Shown here: piece after piece, positions 39,368 through 47,965 of the stretch
Position numbering within the stretch: position 1 is the stretch's first letter
Layout of the letters: each line of letters opens with the position of its first letter
Origin: Bdellovibrionales bacterium
Lineage (GTDB): Bacteria > Bdellovibrionota > Bdellovibrionia > Bdellovibrionales > JAUICD01
Reading direction: 5' to 3'
Length of the DNA: 64,000 nucleotides
Assembly (NCBI GenBank): GCA_965262715.1
Contig: OZ253553.1
Span: 2,752,001 to 2,816,000 of the forward strand
Position numbers and translations under genes: made by a program
The notes under the pieces: model-generated
The model's input: the letters and a program-made list of their open reading frames with translations, nothing else
Told to the model about the DNA's origin: nothing
The model's database searches: none

Positions 39368-40388
39368 TTATTGGCACTTGCTTTGAATTTGCAAGACTTC
39401 TTTTTCTGAAAGCCCTGTTGCTTTACTTATGGCTTGTATATCCATATCAGTTGTCTTTAGAAGATTTATAGCAACTTTCTGCAACCCTTCTTGTAAACCT
39501 TCCTGCAACCCTTCCTGTAGACCTTCTTGCCTTATACGATCTCTCATCATTTGTAATGGTGGCATTGTTCTCTTCTCCTTTGATACATTCTTTTCTTCTA
39601 TCTCTTGTAAAGTATTCCAAGTAAAGTTTGGATCACAAAGTCTCACACAATCAACTGCCCTGTCCATTAAAAAAATACGGTCTTCTTTACTGGCAAGCTT
39701 ATTGGACAACTTAAACAAATCTGAAATGACCTGCTCATCTAAGTTCCATACACTCTTTAGTATAAGCAAAATCGTCCCAGATAGCAAGTCCTTTGAGCCT
39801 AATTCCGCCATTCCTAAATCATTTAAGTTTAATAATCTATACTTATAATTTAAAACATTCTCACCGAAAGCCTTTTTAAGCTCTAAAGACTTAAAATTCA
39901 AATAATCATGGAAGCTCAAAGGCAAATTCCATCCTCTTTTACCAGAGTAAACCAACACAGGGATCACTATGGATGGAGCTTTACGTTTTCCACTCTTAAC
40001 ATCCTATTTTACTGTCTTTCTCATAAATACTTGCTTGATACTTAAGAAGCTGTAAAAAAATATCTGAGTCATTATAGGATTTATGCTCAAAAAGAAAAAT
40101 AATTTCTACAATCTCTTCTGAATCTTTCATCTTCACTGAAAAAATCACATCAGCTCTCTGTTCCCTAAAAATCTGATCTACAAAAACAGTCACTTTTGAC
40201 TGTAGAGTCTTCCAATCAAAAAGATCAAACTCTTCAGGAGTTAAAACCAAACGAAACAAGTCTAAAACATACCGCTCCTTGCTATAAACTTCATAAAATA
40301 AATGATTGAAAATATGAAAAACTTCACGTTTTAACTCCTGTTTGTTTTTTGGAAATTTTGCCTTTTTATACTTAGAACTGACCATCAC
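39368..40388 (-). pseudogene. Rpn YhgA-like copy A4, frameshifted by a 4-bp insertion at ~40004-40007; Rpn-S ORF 39368..39565 intact (4 repeats)
   Basis: atc[ctat]tttactg versus atctttactg in the other copies. Confidence 0.92.
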
Positions 40389-40416
40389 AAAACCCCTTAA
40401 CTAGCTATGAACCTTA

Positions 40417-40566
40417 TTATAAAAAATGTGTGAGTAGTGATTTTAAAGCCTCTTCATTGCCTTTAAAGTAAGTTTTAAAAGCTGCGTCATTTGTTAATTT
40501 TAAAAAATGAGACTTTTTTAAAAATTCTTCAATATCTAATAAATGATGTTTATTACTTAAACCCAT
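40417..40566 (-). pseudogene. Rpn-B 5' stub (49 aa)
   Basis: B1-like N-terminus ending LTHFL*; same junction as 33845. Confidence 0.85.
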
Positions 40567-40607
40567 AATTTACGCCCTCCTAAAATGAAAAATCTAATAG
40601 GAATACC

Positions 40608-40709
40608 AGCAAAATACATGCCAAGCTAAAAGCAAGGATAAACAAGGTTTCAGACTTAAAACACGAGATATTGTCCAACAACTTGGACATCGAATCCGGA
40701 TTTCATACA
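40608..40709 (-). promoter_or_regulatory. Sigma-54 promoter (40608-40624) and UAS (40672-40689), copy 5
   Basis: Same motifs and spacing as copy 1. Confidence 0.8.
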
Positions 40710-40865
40710 TCAAAACTAAATTGAAATAAAATATTTAAATAAAAAAACTGACGCATTATTTCTTCACATTAATATTATTTAGAGACATCATCTAATAGCT
40801 TAAAATAGCTTGTTATATGGAAAGCTATTGTCGTCAATAAAAGTACTATAAATCGAGGAGTAAAA

Positions 40866-41000
40866 ATGACAGAGGATCAACATAGTTTAGAACCTACTAA
40901 TTCAAGTAAAATGAATAAAGAGAATTTAGCAAATAAAAAAATGACCTTTGAGGATTTTGATAAGTTAAATTTAAAGTTGTTTGGAGAAGACATTGTTAAA
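40866..41000 (+). pseudogene. 5' stub of a KAP NTPase paralog, cut by the IS30 remnant
   Basis: ~40787-41000 is near-identical to ~46097-46309. Confidence 0.88.
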
Positions 41001-41001
41001 G

Positions 41002-41697
41002 CGTAACTTCAAATCACAAGGGAGCTTTAGTGACTCTTGTAGATAGATGCTCTAAGAAGACGAGGATCGTCAAAATGGGATCTAAGAGATCTGAAGCCGT
41101 TTTTCATGCTATTTCTAAAGCTCTTAAAGGAGAGATTGTTCATACGATCACATTAGACAATGGTAAAGAGTTTTCGTGTCATGAGAAGATCAGTGAATAT
41201 ACCGGATGTAAAGTTTATTTTGCACATCCTTACAATTCTTATGAGCGAGGTTTAAATGAGAACACAAATGGTTTAATCCGTCAGTATTTTCCAAAGAAGA
41301 CAGATTTCAGAAAGATCACTCAAAAGGATGTAAAAGAGTTGAAGTTCTTTTAAACCATCGTCCTCGAAAGAGTTTAGGATTTCTAAGTCCTAATGAGTTT
41401 CATAGACAGAAGATGGTTTGCTGAAGTCATTATTAATTCAACGTTATTTAATCCTATATAACAGTTTTTAGTAAGTAAAGCTTGATGTTTATGGCAAAGG
41501 ATCATTCTTCTGCAGAGCTTTAGCTCGAGGACTACGAGACTTTGCCATAAATATCAAAATACATTCATTCAAATTAAATAATTTACAATAATCTTTTATG
41601 ATAATTAAAACTTTGTTGGAATATTAATCCTAAAATGATACAACTTTTAAAAATATCTATAAACACAAAAGAGTTGCACTTACGATTTGAAGTTACA
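41002..41697 (+). mobile_element. IS30-family remnant (3' third of transposase, frameshifted, with right end)
   Basis: TLVDR..TLDNGKEF..YERGLNENTNGLIRQYFPK; right IR at 41672-41697; left end also resembles the right IR. Confidence 0.9.
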
Positions 41698-41716
41698 GTT
41701 AATGAAAATATAGAAA

Positions 41717-42358
41717 ATGAAGAAATATAACAGAAAAACCTTTTTTGAAAATAAAAAATGTCTTGAATATCTAAAACAATTTAGGCAAATAGTTGATGAC
41801 TATTCAAAAAATAGAAAACTAAGTCGATTTGAGTTAAATGAGTTGAGAAGAGAAAATCGGAAACAATATGAAGAATATAATATGAGAGAAACTGTTATAA
41901 ATGAGGATAATTTAAAAAATCTCTGTAAGCAAATCAATGAAAGGTTATCGCTCATTTGTCAAATTATTATTGATTCAGAAATAGATACTTCTATTACATA
42001 TTCATCCTCTTTCACCTCTGGTATGATTGATAAAAGAAGATTCCATCTTTTAGAAAATATCTTTAATTTAGGTACAAAAGGAATTCCATATGATTTTATT
42101 ATTGACAACATAGATTGATCAATAGGGGTTTATAAAAATGATCGAAGGGCATCTATAATAAGAACTTTTAATCCTATTTTTTGGATTAAAGAGCTTCTTG
42201 ACTTTATTGTTGGTATTCCTTTTTATTTCTTAAGAAAATCAGGCTTCAATAGTAGTTTGGAAGAAACTTTTCTAGCAAGAATCATAAAACTTATAATGTA
42301 TCTTGTTTCATTAATATCAGGAGTTTCGTTTATTGTAGATAAATTTTTGGGAATGTAA
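41717..42358 (+). pseudogene. Hypothetical membrane protein with in-frame TGA at 42116-42118
   Basis: Frame continues SIGVYKND..RTFNPIFWIKELLDFIVGIPFYFL.. to TAA 42358. Confidence 0.7.
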
Positions 42359-42469
42359 AAACAATTTATTGTAATTACTTTTTAATGATTATAAGAATAA
42401 TTAAAGTTTATTTTAAAGGCATATCAATATCACTTGCATGCTTTTTTGATTAAAGAAGGGATAATATTT

Positions 42470-43069
42470 ATGACTCAAGATCATCAAGACAATCCATTAA
42501 AGGGTTTCTTAAAAGAGCCTAGAAATGAACAAGAAAGAATATTGTTAAAAAAATATAGACGAACTTTTCAAGGCAAGGAACTTACTAAGAAGGGAATAGA
42601 ACTTATATATGTTAATATTCTTACTTTGTTGTATGAGAAGACTAGAACTACAGAAGAAATATCAGAAGAAACAAGTCTTAATCAATATAAGCATCAAACT
42701 TCGATAGCTAAAACTTTCCTTAAGAATTTAAAAGATCAAAATCATGTTAATGAAGGAAAAGAAGAAAATTTATGGGAAATTACAGATAAGGGCCATGAGT
42801 TTTTATCAAAACACAGACAAAAAAATGATCCATACAATAGCTATCAGTCTTATGTTAATTACTTCCTAAAGTTAGGTGAGCAAGAGCCGATACTTTTAAA
42901 TCCATCACGTGTAACCAATAAAAAATCTCAGATAAGTTCAAGTACTAAAAGTCGATATAGAAAAGGAGTCAAGGACTTTTTATTATTTTATGAGCATTAT
43001 AAAGACCCAAATAATAGCAAGAAAAAAGAAGTTTTTGAGAAAGCAAAGGAAAAAAGGAAAGGCTTTTAG
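42470..43069 (+). CDS. Winged-helix (Mrr-N-like) protein with C-terminal integrase SAM-like helix
   Basis: ATG 42470 after GAAGGG; LWEITDKGHEFL wing motif; ISSSTKSRYRKGVKDFLLFY. Confidence 0.6.
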   Translation: MTQDHQDNPLKGFLKEPRNEQERILLKKYRRTFQGKELTKKGIELIYVNILTLLYEKTRTTEEISEETSLNQYKHQTSIAKTFLKNLKDQNHVNEGKEENLWEITDKGHEFLSKHRQKNDPYNSYQSYVNYFLKLGEQEPILLNPSRVTNKKSQISSSTKSRYRKGVKDFLLFYEHYKDPNNSKKKEVFEKAKEKRKGF

Positions 43070-43212
43070 AATAAAGAACCACTTTGTTGTAAAATATTAG
43101 CTTTAATATTTTATTTTTATAAGTGTCGACTTAAAAAAAATGTAAAAGAAAATATGTGGCAAAAACAATTAAGTATCTATTATTTTACAAGGATAGCTTT
43201 TATATTCCGTCT

Positions 43213-44277
43213 TTATTGGCACTTGCTTTGAATTTGCAGGACTTCTTTTTCTGAAAGCCCTGTTGCTTTACTTATGGCTTGTATATCCATATCAGTTGTT
43301 TTTAGAAGATTTACAGCAACTTTCTGCAATCCTTCCTGTAAACCTTTCTGCAAACCTTTCTGTAAACCTTTCTGTAAACCTTCCTGCAATCCTTCCTGCA
43401 ACCCTTCCTGTAGACCTTCTTGCCTTATGCGATCTCTCATCATTTGTAATGGTGGCATTGTTCTCTTCTCCTTTGATACATTCTTTTCTTCTATCTCTTG
43501 TAAAGTATTCCAAGTAAAGTTTGGATCACAAAGTCTCACACAATCAACTGCCCTGTCCATTAAAAAAATACGGTCTTCTTTACTGGAAAGCTTATTGGAC
43601 AACTTAAACAAATCTGAAATGACCTGCTCATCTAAGTTCCATACACTCTTTAGTATAAGCAAAATCGTCCCAGATAGCAAGTCCTTTGAGCCTAATTCCG
43701 CCATTCCTAAATCATTTAAGTTTAATAATCTATACTTATAATTTAAAACATTCTCACCGAAAGCCTTTTTAAGATCTAAAGACTTAAAATTCAAGTAATC
43801 ATGGAAGCTCAAAGGTAAATTCCATCCACTTTTACCAGAATAAACCAACACAGGGATCACTATGGATGGAGCTTTACGTTTTCCACTCTTAACATCTTTA
43901 CTGTCTTTCTCATAAATACTTGCTTGATACTTGAGAAGCTGTAAAAAAATATCTGAGTCATTATAGGATTTATGCTCAAAAAGAAAAATAATTTCTACAA
44001 TCTCTTCTGAATCTTTCATCTTCACTGAAAAAATCACATCAGCTCTCTGCTCCCTAAACACCTGATCTACAAAAACAGTCACTTTTGACTGTAGAGTCTT
44101 CCAATCAAAAAGATCAAACTCTTCAGGAGTTAAAACCAAACGAAACAGGTCTAAAACATACCGCTCCTTGCTATAAATTTCATAAAACAAATGATTGAAA
44201 ATATGAAAAACTTCACGTTTTAACTCCTGTTTGTTTTTTGGGAATTTTGCCTTTTTATACTTAGATCTGACCATCAC
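43213..44277 (-). CDS. Rpn YhgA-like protein, copy A5 (8 GLQx repeats; internal start at 43458)
   Basis: Near-identical to A1-A4. Confidence 0.9.
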   Translation of the reverse strand: MMVRSKYKKAKFPKNKQELKREVFHIFNHLFYEIYSKERYVLDLFRLVLTPEEFDLFDWKTLQSKVTVFVDQVFREQRADVIFSVKMKDSEEIVEIIFLFEHKSYNDSDIFLQLLKYQASIYEKDSKDVKSGKRKAPSIVIPVLVYSGKSGWNLPLSFHDYLNFKSLDLKKAFGENVLNYKYRLLNLNDLGMAELGSKDLLSGTILLILKSVWNLDEQVISDLFKLSNKLSSKEDRIFLMDRAVDCVRLCDPNFTWNTLQEIEEKNVSKEKRTMPPLQMMRDRIRQEGLQEGLQEGLQEGLQKGLQKGLQKGLQEGLQKVAVNLLKTTDMDIQAISKATGLSEKEVLQIQSKCQ

Positions 44278-44387
44278 AAAACCCTTTAACTAGCTATGAA
44301 CCTTATTATAAAAAATGTGTGAGTAGTGATTTTAAAGCCTCTTCATTGCCTTTAAAGTAAGTTTTAAAAGCTGCATCATTTGTTAAT

Positions 44388-45726
44388 CGTAACTTCAAAT
44401 CGCAAGTGCAACTCTTTTGTGTTTATAGATATTTTTAAAAGTTGTATCACTTTAGGATTAATATTCCAACAAAGTTTTAATTATCATGAAAGATTATAGT
44501 AAATTATTTAATTTGAATGAATGTATTTTGATGTTTATGGCAAAGCCAAAGTAGTCTTCGAGCTAAAGCTCTGCGGAAGAACGATCCTTTGCCATAAACA
44601 TCAAGCTGTCAAATAAGCATTTTCAGAAGTTATTATATATAAGTAAAATTAAATGGATAAACTATGAATAACTTCAGCAAACCATCTTTTGTCTATGAAA
44701 CTCATTAGGGGTTAGAAAACCTAAACTCTTTCGAGGGCGATGGTTTAAAAGAGACTCAACCTTTTTTACATCCTTAGAGGTGACTTCTCTAAAATCTGTC
44801 TTCTTTGGAAAATACTGACGGATTAAACCATTCGTGTTCTCATTTAAACCTCTCTCATAGGAACTGTAAGGATGTGCAAAATAAACTTTACATCCAGTAT
44901 ATTCACTGATCTTCTCATGACACGAAAATTCTTTACCATTATCCAAAGTCATTGTATGAACAACCTCTCCTTTAAGAGCTTTAGAAATAGCATGAAAAAC
45001 TGCCTCAGATCTCTTAGATTCTATTTTGACAATCCTCGTCTTCTTAGAACATCTATCTACCAGCGTGACTAAAGCTCCTTTATGATGTCTACCTATCATT
45101 AGATCACCTTCCCAGTCTCCTATCCGAAGCTTCTTATCTACTATCTTAGGCCTTTTATCAATGCTCACTCTATTCTTTATCTGACCCCTTTTATCAAATC
45201 TACTTGTACCATATCGCTTCTTGCGTTGCTTCTGACATCTTAAAAATTTGTAGAGATCTCCTCCTGATTGCTTATCTCCAAGAATATGCTGATAAATACT
45301 CTCATGACTTATAGACAAACCTTTTCGTTTAAGAAAACCGGATATCTGTTCCGGACTCAAACGATCACGAAGAAACCTCTCAAGCTTATTAATGACTTTT
45401 TGTGTTATCTTTATATGTCTATGAGAGTTTTGAAGACGATCGACTGCTTTTTCATGGGCTTGTTGAGGACGATAACCTCGCAAGCCTTTGTTACGATTCA
45501 ATTCCCTATATATGGTGCTTTTATCTCGACCTACCTGAGTAGCAATTGAACTTATTGATTTTCCACTTTGCAAAAAAGCTAAAATCTGGTATCTCTCATG
45601 TTGGGTTAGATGAGTGTAATTGCTCATGGAATACTCCTTTCATTATTTAAAGAGATTGATTAGAGTATTCCTCTAACCCGCTTTAAATAACTATGCAAGG
45701 AGTTGCACTTGCAACTTGAATCCACC
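44388..45726 (-). mobile_element. IS30-family insertion sequence, complete
   Basis: 26-bp imperfect IRs CGTAACTTCAAATCGCAAGTGCAACT / AGTTGCACTTGCAACTTGAATCCACC; 3-bp target duplication AAT. Confidence 0.93.
44674..45627 (-). CDS. IS30-family transposase
   Basis: YTHLT..ER HTH, SPEQIS, GDWEGD, DNGKEF, ERG.NEN.NGLIRQYFPK, LN.RPRK.LG. Confidence 0.97.
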   Translation of the reverse strand: MSNYTHLTQHERYQILAFLQSGKSISSIATQVGRDKSTIYRELNRNKGLRGYRPQQAHEKAVDRLQNSHRHIKITQKVINKLERFLRDRLSPEQISGFLKRKGLSISHESIYQHILGDKQSGGDLYKFLRCQKQRKKRYGTSRFDKRGQIKNRVSIDKRPKIVDKKLRIGDWEGDLMIGRHHKGALVTLVDRCSKKTRIVKIESKRSEAVFHAISKALKGEVVHTMTLDNGKEFSCHEKISEYTGCKVYFAHPYSSYERGLNENTNGLIRQYFPKKTDFREVTSKDVKKVESLLNHRPRKSLGFLTPNEFHRQKMVC

Positions 45727-45838
45727 AATTTTAAAAAATGAGACTTTTTTAAAAATTCCTCAATATCTAATAACTTATGTTGATTACTTGAACCCATAAT
45801 TTATGCCCTCCTAAAATGAAAAATCTAATAGGAATACA

Positions 45839-45940
45839 AGCAAAATACATGCCAAGCTAAAAGCAGGAATAAACAAGGTTTGAGATTTAAAATACAAGAT
45901 ATTGTCCAACAACTTGGACATCGAATCCGGATTTCATACA
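45839..45940 (-). promoter_or_regulatory. Sigma-54 promoter (45839-45855) and UAS (45903-45920), copy 6
   Basis: Same motifs and spacing as copy 1. Confidence 0.8.
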
Positions 45941-46174
45941 TCCTATCTTTATTTTTCATATATATTATTAAGATCAAAAATTATGAGACTTAAATCTTAT
46001 AAAGGTTTTTATCAAAAATATTTCATAAAAATAGAGGTTTTCCTATTGACAAGTAGTTTGTTGATCTTATCTTCATATTGATACTATCTAGCGATGTCAT
46101 CTAATAGCTTAAAATAGCTTGTTATATGGAAAGCTATTGTCGTCAATAAAAGTACTATAAATCGAGGAGTAAAA

Positions 46175-47716
46175 ATGACAGAGGATCAACATAGTTTAGA
46201 ATCTACCAATTCAAGTAAAGTGGATAAAGAGAATTTAGCAAATAAAAAAATGACCTTTGAGGATTTTGATAAGTTAAATTTAAAGTCATTTGGAAAAGAC
46301 ATTGTTAAAATTATAGAAAATGACAAAACTCTTTCTAATGATCAAAACTCTTGCACAATAAGTTTAAATGCAGATTTTGGACAAGGAAAAACTACTTTTC
46401 TAGAGATGTTAAAAGATTTTATTGAAAGGCAAAATAGTGGTAAATACACAGCTTTATTTATCGATGCTTGGAGAGGAGATTTTTTTAAAGAGCCTATTAT
46501 CACAATCCTTTCAGAATTTCTGGAATATTTAGAAAAAAACGGGAAAGTTGAAAATAAGCAAGATATTCTTAAAACAATAGGAAAAGTTATATACAGTTTA
46601 ACAAGGCAAGAAATTAAACAAGATATAGGCATTGATTTAAAAAATATCTTTAAAAGAATCCTGATATTCATCTTTAAAATAACCCCGATATTTATAAGGC
46701 AAATACTCAAAAAACATATAGGTATTGATTTAAAGGAAGCAAGAAAAGAAATCAAAGAGGAAAAGCTAGGAGAAGCTCTTTTTAGTAAGTTTAAACAGAG
46801 AAAACAGGTTTTACAAGAGATCAAAAACATTATTTCAAATTATACTAAAAATGGTAAAAAGTTAGTGGTTATTGTTGATGAATTAGATCGAGCAAGGCCT
46901 GATTATGCTGTTCATTTTCTTGAAGATATGAAGCACTTTTTTGATATTAAGAATGTGGTGTTTATCTTTGGGATTAATAAAAGACAAATAAAAGCTACTG
47001 TAGAAACCTTGTATGGACAGGACCTTGAATTTGAAGGCTATTATAAGAAGTTTTTTAAGCATGAAAGAAACCTTCCTGATCCTTATAAAGAAGCTATAAG
47101 TTTTATTAAGAGTTTATTAAAACAAACAAAAGTAACTTCAGAACTTAAGTCTGCAAACATTCATTTTTTATTTAAGTCATTCAAATTAACATTAAGGGAT
47201 TTGTCACGGTTTATAGAACTTTGTGATGTTATTCTTTCAAAAACAGCAGAAGATGATGAAAGAAATTACAAATATAGTAATAGTGTTTTATTTTTTATTT
47301 GTTTGCTTCTAAAGAAACAAGATATTTTTAATAAAGTTTTAAATAATGAATTTAATCTAGATGATTTTTTAAGTTTTATAGATGAAGCAAAAATACCTTA
47401 TCACAGTGATGAAGAAAAGATTTTTTTAGCTGAAGCAGCCTATTCCTTCTTATTAAAATCTCAATATGAGCGTAGTGATTTCATTAGTATTGGTACTAAG
47501 CCACAACAACAGATTGAAGACTTTGAATCTGGCGTAGAAAAAATAAAAACAAAATTTGAAGAAGAATACTCGATGCATAAAGTATTCTCATATCTATTTG
47601 ATTCTCAACGGTCTTATATTATAAAAAAGCAACCATGTTTAATCATTTGTAATGCCATACAACATGGTAAACCATTTTATGCAAATAAATCAGGGTTTCA
47701 AAAAATTACCCCTTGA
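46175..47716 (+). CDS. KAP-family P-loop NTPase
   Basis: ISLNADFGQGKTTF Walker A, FIDAW, VIVDELDRARP Walker B, YYKKFF. Confidence 0.88.
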   Translation: MTEDQHSLESTNSSKVDKENLANKKMTFEDFDKLNLKSFGKDIVKIIENDKTLSNDQNSCTISLNADFGQGKTTFLEMLKDFIERQNSGKYTALFIDAWRGDFFKEPIITILSEFLEYLEKNGKVENKQDILKTIGKVIYSLTRQEIKQDIGIDLKNIFKRILIFIFKITPIFIRQILKKHIGIDLKEARKEIKEEKLGEALFSKFKQRKQVLQEIKNIISNYTKNGKKLVVIVDELDRARPDYAVHFLEDMKHFFDIKNVVFIFGINKRQIKATVETLYGQDLEFEGYYKKFFKHERNLPDPYKEAISFIKSLLKQTKVTSELKSANIHFLFKSFKLTLRDLSRFIELCDVILSKTAEDDERNYKYSNSVLFFICLLLKKQDIFNKVLNNEFNLDDFLSFIDEAKIPYHSDEEKIFLAEAAYSFLLKSQYERSDFISIGTKPQQQIEDFESGVEKIKTKFEEEYSMHKVFSYLFDSQRSYIIKKQPCLIICNAIQHGKPFYANKSGFQKITP

Positions 47717-47965
47717 TACAATAACTACTAATAGCTAAGATTTTTCTTTTTTTACATCTTTAAAAAGTTCATCATCTGCTTTTTAGCTCATAAACCTACG
47801 AACCAGTTTGGAAACTTATAAATTAGGCTCATGACCTGCTGCATAAACCGTCGACTCTGTTAAAAACAGGGGTATCTGCCTATTTAATGTTACAAGTCTT
47901 TCTTATTATTTGTCCTTATTTATTTTTGTTTGTTATCGGCTTTATCTTATGTTAAAAAGGTCACC

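Larger units (their letters stand above)
44306..45797 (-). pseudogene. Rpn-B 5' stub interrupted by IS30
   Basis: 45727-45797 and 44306-44387 reconstruct the same stub as 40417..40566. Confidence 0.88.

Noticed and set aside
47716..47885. Slightly GC-richer intergenic stretch, possible ncRNA
   Set aside because: No convincing stems; reads more like a decayed minus-strand coding remnant with stops
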